From contig CM075988.1 of assembly GCA_038087875.1 (NCBI GenBank), positions 20,958,001-21,022,000 of the forward strand: a stretch of 64,000 bases of DNA, in the 5' to 3' direction. Positions 38,454-49,984 of this stretch are shown here, one piece after another (position 1 is the stretch's first letter; each line of letters starts with the position of its first letter). This DNA comes from Malacoraja senta. Taxonomy: Eukaryota. The position numbers and the translations under genes were made by a program. The notes below the pieces were generated by a model that was given only the letters and a program-made list of their open reading frames with translations, had not been told where the DNA came from and did no database searches.

Positions 38454-38720
38454 TCATAGGAGTGTCGATGACCATGTCGAGGACCACTGTGAATCATGGC
38501 TGTGTAGGCCAGTTGGTACTATCAAAATACCTGAAGCAGAGTCCATCTGTATTTTGCGTAGTACCCTACAGATTAAGGCAGAAGGGGAAAAAGCATAGAA
38601 GAAATCTGTCCCCCAGTTCAGCGCGAATGCATCTATCGCTGCTGCCTCAGGGTGTGGTTCCCAAGGGACATACATTGGTACGTGGTGATTTAGTCTGGAT
38701 GCAAAGAGATCGATATCTGG
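38454..38720 (-). pseudogene. DIRS N6-adenine-methyltransferase-like domain remnant
   Basis: IDAFALNW...FYAFSP..LI.RVLRKI....GILIVP matches the YAFPP-type MT domain found downstream of RNase H in DIRS1 elements. Confidence 0.7.
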
Positions 38721-38899
38721 TGTGCCATATTGGTTTGTAATTTTAGCAAAGCTCTAGGATTTAACATCCATTCGGTGTTTATCATTGAATTTGCATGACC
38801 TGGCACTGTATTTAGCTTACCTGGTAGGTAAGTTGCTGATAGCCAAATATGTCTATCGACCCACCATTACCAGATTGTGTTGACCCAATTGTCACATGA

Positions 38900-40200
38900 T
38901 ATCGATTTTATTCCGGCCATATGGTTAATATAGGCCACCACCGTGATATTATCAATTTGTAAATGAACATGCAAGTTGTGCATATTCCTAGAATATGCTT
39001 TAAAACCATAAAACGCACCCAACATTTCCAAATAATTTATGCCCAGTGTTTGTAGTAAAGACGAGTCTAGGTTAGTCCATCTACCACCTGTGCTGGATAT
39101 GGTATTAGTTGCTCCCCAGCCTTGAGCACTGGCATCTGTTTGTATAGTTAACGTTGGGTTATTGATGATGATAGGGCTGGAACTATGCCAAATGTGTTAT
39201 ATCCACCATTGTAACTCTGATATTGCTTCAATGGGTAGTTTCATGGATCTGTCAAAGTGACCTGCATGTCGTTTCAACGCCTGTACTTTTGCCCTTTGTA
39301 GGTGCTGATAGTGCAGGAGTCCAAATTGTGTAGCTGAAAATGCTGCTACCATTTTGCCAATTACTCTTGCCACTTGTGGGATGGTTGGTCGATTGCTTAC
39401 CATTAAATTGTTGCACATCTGTGCCAATTCTGCTGCTTTACCTTTTGGCAACGTTACAGACATGTGGATTGAGTTAATTGAATCCCAGATAGTCCATAGT
39501 TGTGGATGGCGTCAACTTAGATTTATCTGGATGTATGACAAACCCAGGGTTTCAAACAATTATTTGGTAGCTAATACAGCTGATTTAGCCAACTCCATGG
39601 TTTTGCCAACTATTAGGATATCATCAAGATACGCCATGACAATATGTCTTTGTTTCGCTAATGTTGCCAAGGCTGGTTTTAATATCTTGGTAAATAGTCT
39701 AAGGCTGATGTCAACCCATTAGGCAATACTTTATACTGCCATAGTTGCCCCATCCAGGTAAATTTTCAGGTATCTGCGATGACCCTTGTGAATGGGTACT
39801 GAATAGTAGGCATCTTTTAAATCAATGCTTGCCATAAAGTATCCTTTGGAAATCAGTTGTTTAGCAGTTACAAATGTTTCCATTTTGAAATGTACATACT
39901 TAACAAAGGTATTTAGTGAGGTTAAGTCAATGATGATGTGACATCCACCATCTTTTTTACTTTTGGTAAATATATTTGAGACAAATTCCAAAGGATCATG
40001 TTTGGATTTCTCAATGACACCCTTTGTAAGTAACCTCACCAGTTCTGCTTGAGCCTCTAGTTCTCTTTGACTGAGAGGGTAAAGACCCTTTGGCTACGTG
40101 CTGAACTGGTGGCATGTTTTCGTGAATGAACTCTATTTTGTATCCCCGAATACTGTTAAGTATATAACTATCATTCGTGAGACACCTCCTGTTAGTACAG
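38900..40200 (-). pseudogene. DIRS RT-RNase H (frameshifted)
   Basis: FMASIDLKDAYY (ORF 39731-40039), MAYLDDILI (~39610-39640), RNase H IQTDASAQGWG (~39115-39147), INYLEMLGAF, LQIDNITVVAYINH. Confidence 0.88.
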
Positions 40201-42429
40201 TTCCCCATTTACATGCTGGTAGGAACCAGACCCACCTACCTCCATAGTTATGGTAGTGTTCCTTTCTTCCGTTTGTTCATCCGTCGTTATACTGCTGGAT
40301 GTACTGCTGATGTACTGCTGATTGGGGGTGGCGCATTTTCCATGGGCCCTGGCCTAAAAAGGCTTTCGGGGATAGTATGCGGACCCCGAGCTTTCACCAG
40401 TGACATAAATTTGACCTTGACTGGTGGACGCGGTGGGGTACTGCCGTCTGGTTTTTTGTGTGGGTCTGCTCGTTCCGGGGCCTGCCCTCATGAGGCCAAA
40501 TGCTTTGGACTCTTCCTCCTGGTCTTTCACTTGTCCTTCCAAATAACAGGATCTGCGGCTCTGAGGCCGGTGTTTTACACAGTCCTGCAAACCTGGGATT
40601 GAGGGCAGGTCTTATTCTCTCCTTGCGGAGGTTATTTATCTCATATTGGGTGTAGCACAGCAGAGCCAGAATGTCTTGCTGGTTTGTGGTCATATCCACC
40701 CCATCCACGGAACGAGCATAGGCTGTTATCCCTGTCGTCAGGAGCTTGAGGATTTTAGCTCCTGGTTCCGGATACTCTGTCCCCCCCCCCCCCAGATTTG
40801 GCTGTTAACAGCCGGTACATTGAGCGAACTGCAGTTTTCCAGCTCTAGTGCCTCATTAAGTACCTGTCTTGTAGGGGTTTGAGGGACAGGTGGTTGATGC
40901 TGGCCGCCAGTTTTGGCTCCAATGGCCGCCCTGCTCGTGGTGAAACCACGTAGCGAATCTCCACACCCAGCAGCTCTTCCTGATCCTGTACCCCAAGCGT
41001 ACTCCCGACATCTTCAGCCAATGACCCCTCTTCCTGACCAGCCCAGCCCTGGTCGCCAACGCTGCCCTGCTTTGAGGGGAAAGCGATGGCCAGTGCATTG
41101 TAGAGCACTGCTGTGGGAGTGCCTGATCCCCCTGGCGAGACTGCTCTAGCTCCTGAAGCAAGTCTCGCTGGAGCAGTTGCTCCATGAGCCTTTTCATTCG
41201 GCTCAGGCGGCTAGCTCTGCCGCTCTAAGGAGGACCCTCCTCATCGGAGTCAGACATAACCGGCCGGTTTGTTTGTTTGTTTGTTTGTTTAAACTTTTCC
41301 TCCAGCCCGCTGCCGCTCATCAGGCTGCGCTAGCGGGACTGGGCTCGGCTCGGTCTCGATGAGGGTGGACCGCAGCATATACGGTCCAGGTGCCGCCTCT
41401 CGCCCCCCACTGATGGAACACTCCCGTTCTGTTGGAGTCGAACGGGGGGCGGTTTTCTTCCTTTGCCGTGCTGCTCCTGTTCCCAGTTCCTCTGGAATAG
41501 AGAGCAGAGCACAGCTTGCGGATTACGACCTCAGAGTAAGACTTACCTGATGGTCCGCTGTTTATTTTCACCGACGTGTAGCGGGAGCGCCTGTACTCCC
41601 GGTCGTCGCTGTTGCACTGCGTGAACGCTAATGTCGCGCATGCGTGCTGAACGGGGTCTTCACGAAGTCACTCACGTGACTCCGAAGTAAAATCCAGCAT
41701 CTGCAGTTCTTGCCTACACATTTAAATGATTGGATTGTTTTCTCTGGAACGCCAGGGCAGTACGGTGGCGCAGAGGTAGAGTTGCTTCCTTACAGCGCCA
41801 GGGACCCGGGTTCCACCCTGACTATGGGTGCTGCCTGTATGGAGTTTGTACCTTCTCCCCGTGACCCCGTGGGTTTTCTCCGGAGGCTCCGAAGTCCCTC
41901 CTCCCTCTCCGACGGCATTCCTCGCTCTCCGACGGTTCTCTCACTCTCCGACGCTCTATGGCTCAATGACTCTATGATTGGGGTCAAGGAAAGAGCGTTC
42001 ACGTCGCGGCCCTGCTTCCACCAATCTTTCCACCAGCACGCACAAGAAGCACAAGAAGCGCAAGACGGACACCATTGTCCTCTCCATGTCGAGAACGTTG
42101 TACTATCAATCATGCACCCCTTCAATAATGGCTGTGGCAACGCCACAGATTTTCCAGGATTCTCAAAGGCCAAACCTTCTAGGCAGTGAGATCTTGGGAT
42201 CTAGATTGATGGTCAGCACAGTGGGCAGCTGGTCTGTGCTGCCTCACTGCTCCAGGTACCCGGGTTCGATCCTGACCTCCCGAGTCTGTGCGGAGTGACC
42301 ATGTGGGTTTCTCCAGGTGACACTCATCCCAAAGACGTGCAGGTTTGTAGGTTCATTGGTCTCTGAAAAATTGCCCCTAGTCTGTAGTGAGTGTCATAGA
42401 GTCATACGGCATGGAAACATGCCCTTTGG

Positions 42430-42826
42430 TCCAACTTGCCCACATGTCCCACTAGTCCCACCTGCCTGCATTTGGTCCATGTACCTGTCTAAACATTTTT
42501 TAAATGTTGCGGTAGAACCTGCTTCAACTACCTCTTCCGGCAGTTTGTTCCATACACCCACCGCCCTTTTGTGTAAAAAAGCTACTTCTCAGGTTCCCAT
42601 TAAATCTTTCCCCCTTCACCTTAAACCTATGTCCGATTCCCCTACACTGGGCAAGAGACTCGTTTACCCGATCTATTCCTCCTATGATTTTGTACACTTC
42701 TACAAGATCACCCCTCATCCTCCTGTGCTCCAAGGAATAGAGTCCTAGCCTGCTCAACTGCTCCCTGTAGCTCAGGCCTTTGAGTCCTGGCAACATTCGC
42801 GTAAATCTCCTCTGTACCCTTTCAAT
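42430..42826 (-). mobile_element. CR1 LINE 3' fragment
   Basis: IERVQRRFTRMLPGLKGLSYREQLSRLGLYSLE. Confidence 0.85.
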
Positions 42827-44102
42827 CTTGCACGAGAAAGTCATACAAAATGGAGCTGGTGTGAATGCGTGATCAATGGTTGGCGTGGACTCCAAGCAGC
42901 CATCAGTCCATGCTGTATCTCTAAAACGTAACTCATCTGACAACTTGTTGCATAACCAGGGGCATGTTGGACTTTGAGATGAGACGTTAAACCAAGGGAA
43001 TATGGATCAAGATCAGGTAGAGGAGATTAAGTTTTCATTATTGGACGCTGTGGGCTGAAGGGCCCATTTCTGATCTGTACTATTCTATGTGGAGGAAGGA
43101 ACTGCAGATGCTGGTTCAGTGTGAAGAAGGATTCCAACCAGAAACGTCACCCATCCTTATTCTCCAGAGATGTTGCCTGTTCCACCGAGTGACCCCAGCA
43201 CTTAGTACCTACAGTCTCTTCTGTACTCTTCTATCTTCCATGTTCTCGCACTCACCAGTGTTGAAAACCTATTTTGCAAAGACGTGGCTCTTGTTCAAAT
43301 CTAATCATGCTCACATATCCAGCTAGCTTAGAAACAATTTGTTATCTGTAATTTGTATGAATAATCTCATCATTTTGAAATCAAAAACAAAGGTCATATC
43401 ACACAGGGGATAATTTTCTGCTCTTGTGGACTGAGAACACACTTCAGGAGTTTGGTCATAATTGTAGATGATATATGCATGTGCCTTTAACATAGTGACC
43501 TGATACCTACTAACCACTCCCCATATCACAAGTATAACTACAACCTCCCCACCCACAGATCGCTCTCTAGTTCCTGTGACAGACCACGTACAGCTAGTGC
43601 AATATGTAATGCTCCAGTATGAATAAAGATAGTAAAGTAACGATGCCTCGTTATAGATTCTTTACAATAATATAGATAAATCAATGACTGTGATTAACGT
43701 CTTAAATGTCCACTAAATATCTTCCTATTTAGATTGCAGGGAAATATTGTATTTAAATCAATCCTGATTTATTTTTACCTCTGCAATAATGCTGATCGAT
43801 TTTGAACACCCAGAGTTTCATATTGTTGCTCTTTGTTAAGTTTAGTTTAGTTTAGGGATGCAGAGCTGAAACAGGCCCTTCGGCCCACCCACTCCACGCC
43901 GACCAGTGATCCCCGCACATTAACACTATCCTACACACACCAGGGACAATTTTACATTGATACCAAGTCAATTAACCTAAAAACCTGTACGATTTTGGTG
44001 TGTGGGAGGAAACCAAATTTCTTGGAGAAAAAACCCACGCAGGTCACAGGGAGAACGTACATACTCCGTACAGACAGCACCCGTAGCCAGGATCGAATCC
44101 GG

Positions 44103-44339
44103 AATGCCGGGCGAATAAGCAAGCCACGCGTGGTGAATCAAAGGGATCATTATTGTCAAAGCAAAGAGAACAACACACACGCGAATGGGGTAAGGTTGAC
44201 CCGGGGTTCAATTTATATACTAGGGCACACCCCAACACCTCGTGACAACTCCTTCCCGCCATTACCCAGTCACGTGACCCTAGCCCCCGACTGCCGAGAG
44301 TTCGCATAGTAAGTGGCCTAACCACCGGGTGGCGCCACA
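44103..44339 (-). mobile_element. Probable solo LTR inserted in an HE1 SINE
   Basis: On minus starts TGTGGCGCC, contains TATATAAA, ends CGGCATT; 4-bp TSD CCGG (44099-44102 / 44340-44343) restores the SINE gatcgaatccgggtctctgg. Confidence 0.6.
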
Positions 44340-44794
44340 CCGGGTCTCTGGCGCCGTAAGGGAGCAACTCACCGCTGCACCACCATGCCACCCTAAATGT
44401 TGATGTTGGGAAGACTGAAATAGGTAGCTGAACTGCAGACTGGGTTTTAAACTCATCCACTGTTAGGGCTGATCAAAGTGTTGGAGGAACACAGAGAGTC
44501 AGGCAGCATAAGTGGAGGGAATGGACAGGTGACGGTTTGGGTCGGGATTCTTCAGACAATGTTTTGACTCAAGATTCCAGCATCTGCAGTTTCTTGTTGT
44601 GTCCATTTTAGTGTCGGGGCTGGGCTTGTGGACTGTTCAGGAGCCTCAGTGTGGGGTGAGATGGAAGGCGACTGAACAGTGTGCTGGAGGTCCTTACCTG
44701 CAACCACAGAGAATCAGGAATGTGACAATCACAGAGCAATCGGTGGTGATTAAGCAGTCTGCTGAGCAATTCCACTCTAATAACTTATGCATCA

Positions 44795-45355
44795 ACGGTA
44801 TTGTGCTCAGTTTTGGTCACCATGTTATAGGAAAGATGTTGTCAAGCTGGAAAGGATGCAGAGAAGATTTACAAGGATGTTGCCAGGTCTCGATGGCTTA
44901 AGCTATAGGGAGACGTTGAGCAGGCTCGGACTTTATTCCTTGGAGCGCAGGAAAGTGAGGGGAGATCTTATAGGGATGTATAAGATCATGTGAGGAATAG
45001 ATAGGGTCAATGCTAGTCTTTTACCCAGAGTAGGGGAATCGATAACAAGAGGATATAGGTTTAAGGTGAGGGGGGTGGGGGGGGGGGGGAGATGTAATAG
45101 GTATCTAAGGGATAACTTTTTTACACAAAGGGTGTAGGGTGTACGGGACGAACTGCTAAAAGAGGTCGTTGTGGCAGATACTATAACAACTTTTAAAAGA
45201 CATTTGGTCACGTAAATGGATAGGAAAGGTTGAGAGAGAAATGGGCCAAACGTAGACAGGTGGGACTAGCGTTGATGGGACTAGTGTAGACTAGAGTAGA
45301 CGGGCTAGCTGGGCCGAAGGGCCTGTTTCCGTGCTGCATCACTCTCTCACTCTAT
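44795..45355 (+). mobile_element. CR1 LINE 3' fragment
   Basis: YCAQFWSPCYRKDVVKLERMQRRFTRMLPG. Confidence 0.85.
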
Positions 45356-45704
45356 GACTATCACTAGACTTGCCTTGCAACTAATGCATTTCCCGAAGTG
45401 CTTAAAACTGGATAAAATATCTAACCAAAGCCAAACCTATGATCTTTGCTTTTAAATTCTCCATCCATGTAACATGAAAATAACATATAAGGGAGCAAGC
45501 CATGTATTAGACTCCTCTACCATTCAATATGATTCTGGGGCAGCTACTGGCTTGTTCACTTTACTACCAGGTCCATATATCCTCTGTCAAAAGCCACTGC
45601 TTTAAATAACTCAACAACTCAGCATGCATGGCCCGATTAAACCTAAACTATAATCTACTATGACAGTGCATGGTTCTGCACTGATGTATCCTCATTGAGT
45701 CGGT

Positions 45705-46810
45705 ATGTCAAAGAGGACTCTCTCGAACTTCTACAGGTGCACAGTAGAGAGCATGCTGACTGGTTGCATCGTGGCTTGGTTCGGCAACTTGAGCGTCCAG
45801 GAGCGGAAAAGACTGCAGAAAGTTGTGACCACTGCCCAGTCCATCATCGCCTCTGACCTCCCCACCATCGAAGGGATCTATCGCAGTCGCTGCCTCAAAA
45901 AGGCAGGCAGCATCATCAAGGACCCACACCATCCTGGCCACACACTCATCTCTCTGCTGCCTTCAGGTAGAAGGTACGGGAGCCTGAAATCTGTTACATC
46001 CAGGTTCAGGAACAGCTCCTTCCCCACAGCCATCAGGCTATAAAACTCGCCAACAAACAGACTCTGAACTGTAAAGGCTCTGTCTTACCTGTTTGCGGTC
46101 ATCAGCGGTGAAGCGCGGCGTCGCCGGTAGCGAGGACCGCGCGGCAACGGCGAGAGCGTCGAGCCTATCCACCGGAGCGCCGCACGGATGCTGCGCGGGG
46201 GCCGAGTTAATTCAAACACGGCGGGTCCCACGTGCTTGCGGTAAGTGAAAAAAGGGCGGGCCGACTGCGATGACGTCGGCCCGCCGCACGTGACTCACCA
46301 GCGGCGGCTGTGGCGGCGGCCATCCTGATCGCGGCGCTGTAGCGGTGGCTGTGCCTGCGGCCGTGCAGCACACGTGCCTCACTGGCGGCGGCACGTGCCT
46401 CACTGGCGGAGGCTGTGGCAGTGGAGGTTTGACACACGGCGCTCGAGCCATACTGGCGGCGGCCCGTGCGAGCGGCCGTGCGCACTCGTGCATCACTGGT
46501 GGAGGTTGTGCGGTGAGTATTTTGTTTTGGACATTGTCGTTTTTATTTTAGCACCGCCGCACGGCTCGGGAATTGTACTTTCTCACGAGTGCGCGGTCTA
46601 TGGCGGCAGATTCCTCCCGTTTCGCCGCCATAGACCGCAGACTCGTGAGACAGGCCTTTAACAGCCTATTGCACTTTATCTGCTTATTTATGTGTATATT
46701 GTACTGAACTGTTCTGTATTTATGCTTACAATACTCTGTTGTGCTGCAGCAAGCAAGTTGCATTGTCCTATCTGGGACACATGACAATAAACTTTCTTGA
46801 CGACTTGACT
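45705..46810 (+). mobile_element. Rex1/Babar-clade LINE 3' end, interrupted by a MITE
   Basis: YRCTVESMLTGCIVAWFGN...IIKDPHHPGHTLISLLPSGRRY..SRFRNSSFPTAIRL; the 3' UTR resumes after 46660 and ends gacaataaa..(cttga)n. Confidence 0.8.
46074..46658. mobile_element. CpG-rich TIR element (Harbinger-like MITE) inside the Rex1 3' UTR
   Basis: Imperfect TIRs AAGGCTCTGTCTTACCTGTTTGCGGTC / GACCGCAGACTCGTGAGACAGGCCTT; TA on both flanks restores the host ctgtaacagcc. Confidence 0.7.
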
Positions 46811-48847
46811 ACAACATTTCATTAAAGGCCCTCTATATGATGGACAAGAAATCACTAGAAAAATCACTCTTTGAGGAAAGCAAACAAATATAACAGTTTC
46901 TGATCGTTAATGCGAGGAAACAATTGGAATATCTCAACTGAAACAAACTGAAAGGTCAAATCCGAAGATAAAATAACATCTTCTTCATCATCATTGATTT
47001 CCCTTACAGTATATAATCTACCACTGCTAACATCAAAGGAGTTGCCGCACTTACTAATGCCATACCATATAAAGAATGAAGGAAAGTATGTCACACAAGC
47101 AAATTCACAATACGACATGATACGATAGAACATTATTTATCCCAGGTGCAAAATTGATCTGCCAGCAGTCATAAAAACACAAAAAACACAAAATACATGA
47201 ACCAATACAGGTTCCCCCGGGTTACGAACACACAATTCACAGATTCCCGTACTTACAAGCGTGCTCCCACAATATTAATAAATTCAAATGTCTGACGTAA
47301 ATACATGCATTTATTCCTACGAGGTGCAGAACTAGTTTCCTTCCATCTCTCTGTGATTAATAATTTTTCTTTCTTATCAATCCAATGTGCTTTTTACGCC
47401 ATTTATTACCATACAATGGGCCGGTATGCGGACTGGCTGTGGGAGGCAGGGCAGTGCACCTTGAGGGTGGAGTGGGCCGCTGGAGGCCCTGCAGCAGCCT
47501 GGGGCTCGGCTGGATCGGGTGCCGCTCCAAGAGGCTGCGCGGTGGGTGCAGCAGCAGTGGAGCACATCAACAGCCACGCTTGGCCAAGCCAAACCTGCAA
47601 CGCCACCAGGACCACGGGCCTTCATGGAATGAACATGGCAGACAGGAATGCCACAGAAAAGCACAGTTTGATTTCTCAAGGGATTTCTCACTTTCCTCAC
47701 GCCGCAAGTGAGGAAGCATCTGTGGAACGAGAAACAGTTTCAGTTGGTGGCGGTGCTGCCTCTCAGTGCCAGAGGCCCAGGTTCGATCCTGACCTCGGGT
47801 GCTATCAGTGTGGAGTTTGCATGTTCTCCCTGTGACCGTGTGGATTTCCTCCAGATGCTCCGGTTTCCTCCCACATCCCAAAGACGTGCCTGTTTAGCAG
47901 GTTAATTGGCTTCTTTAAAAATTGCCCCTCATGTGTAGGGAATGGATGAGATAGGGGGATAACATAGAGCTAGTGTGAACAGCTGATTGACGGTCACGGT
48001 GGGCCAAAGGGGTTGTTTCTATACTGTATCTCTAAACTTAACTAAACTAAACTAAACAAGAGACGTACTGAGGGTTGGATCTAAGTCAAAGTCCTTTAAT
48101 TAGATACTTATTCAGGACAGTTAGAGTGGTGGGTGTATGGAACGAGCTGCCAGAGGAGCTAGTTGAGGCAGGTGCTATATTTGACAAGTTGACTAATTTG
48201 GCATCATGTTCGGCATTAACATTGGGGGCCAAAGGGACTGTCCCTGTGCTGCTCCACATTCTATGTTCCAAGTATACGTTTGAATCCCTCTTTGGTTTTG
48301 CAAATGCAAAGAGAATCATCTTAATGATTGTTGTCTGCCTCTGCTCTGTCTGTTGGTTCATCTGCAGAGAACATAAATAAATACCGACTGAAATATTTAA
48401 ATCCACAACCATGACCTTCACCAAATAATCTTAAAGACACAAGCGTCTCATCTTCTTCCAGAAAAACCCAACTTAACTTCTCATTGCCCACAGATGATCT
48501 GATTAAATGGACATCATGTACGAGTTTATAAATAAACATAATTGCCTCTGAAAAGGCACACACTGCGGTAACAGCTGTTTCTAAGTTTGTTCCATTTTGC
48601 TTGTGAGAATCCATTTCAGAACGACACAAATTGCAAATGTATGTAATGGGATTTATGGTCCCCTTTGCCTCGAACACCATCATCTTTTTTACACAAAGGG
48701 TGGTGGGTGTATGGAACCAGCTGCCGGAGGACGTACGATAGTTGAGCCAGGTGCTATCATAGCCATATTACCCCATCAACATAATGAGAGAGTCTAGGAC
48801 CAGAGGCCGTAGCCTCAGAATAAAAGGACGTACCTTTAGAAAGAAGA

Positions 48848-49211
48848 TAATAATAATAATGATAATGGATGGGATTTATATAGCGCCTTTCTAATACTCA
48901 AGGCGCTTTACATCGCATTATTCATTCACTCCTCAGTCACACTCGGTGGTGGTGAGCTACTTCTGTAGCCACAGCTGTCCTGGGGCAAGACTGACGGAAG
49001 CGTGGCTGCTAATCTGCGCCTACGGCCCCTCCGACCGCCACCAATCACTCACACACATTCACACACATTCACACACATTCACACGCAGGCAAAGGTGGGT
49101 GAAGTGTCTTGCCCAAGGACACAATGACAGTATGCACTCCAAGCGGGATTCGAACCGGCTACCTTCCGGTTGCCAGCCGAACACTTAGCCCATTGCTCCA
49201 TCTGTCGTCCC
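48848..49211 (-). mobile_element. tRNA-derived SINE with CORE-like segment and L2-type tail
   Basis: On minus: tRNA-like head with GGTTCGAATCC, gtgtccttgggcaagacacttcacc CORE-like motif, tail tgtaaagcgccttgag...gcgctatataaat and (TTA)n. Confidence 0.7.
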
Positions 49212-49984
49212 AAAGGTGAGGTTGTAGTGCAAACAGCTCTGTCCGGGACCGCAAGAAATTGCAGAGAGTCTGTCACACAGACCAGACTCCCCACCATTGA
49301 CGAGGACTAGAGGTCACAGCCTCTGAATTAAAGGACGTTCTTTTGAGGAAGGAGATGAGGAAAAATGTCTTTAGTCAGAGGGTGGTGAATCTGTTGAATT
49401 CATTGCCACAGACGGCAGCGGAGGCCAAGTCAGTGGATATTTTTAAGGCACAGATTGAACATGAATTTATAAACCTCTGGCGTTCTGGAGAAAACAATCC
49501 ACGTTTATCCAACCTCTCCTTGTGCCTCAGTTTCCCGCACCCAGGGTGAGGATCATCAGTGGATCACGATCTTCTGTTTCATCTCCCCGTGACAGAGAAA
49601 ACGCAGAGTCCACGCCGACCATCGATCCACCTCTCACACTAGTTCCAAGTTATCCCACTTTCTCATCCACTCCCTACGCACTCGGGGTAATTTTAGAGAA
49701 CAATTAACCTACAACCCGACCAGACGTGCCACCGTGCCGCCTGCTACCACCTTGTCGTAAGGTATTGTGGTGATGAGTTTTATCCACCACCATTTTAAAG
49801 GGTCTTTCTCTTGGGTGAGTACCATGTTTATTAGCTTAGATTGTTTTTTTTTAAATCATTATTCTGCATATTGCATCCCATCATCACATCTTTTCAACCC
49901 TCCTTCAAATGGACAACATGTTCAGTGAAAACGAATGCCTCCACTTCAAAGATAGACAATTTTAAAACTCTCTCCATAAGCAGC

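Larger units (their letters stand above)
36870..41692 (-). mobile_element. DIRS1-type tyrosine-recombinase retrotransposon, structurally complete, coding frames disrupted
   Basis: Inverted terminal repeats (~36946-36979 vs ~41630-41663). An internal complementary region (37095-37203) pairs with both termini. Contains gag-like, RT, RNase H, methyltransferase-like and YR fragments; no TSD. Confidence 0.93.

Noticed and set aside
43323..43580. Minus-strand hydrophobic frame TRERSVGGEVVVILVIWGVV
   Set aside because: Only vague resemblance to a TM exon; no supporting structure.
46864..47133. Minus ORF with FPSFFIWYGISKCG, faintly like dispanin exon 1
   Set aside because: Lacks the CC-LP-G motif and a matching donor site; similarity too weak.
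47207..47430. Possible Tc1/mariner (Tigger-like) end TA-CAGGTTCCCCCGGGTTACG
   Set aside because: No matching second TIR found, so not called.
48270..48380. Hydrophobic frame NAKRIILMIVVCLCSVCWFI
   Set aside because: No GD loop motif or clear acceptor; cannot be distinguished from chance.
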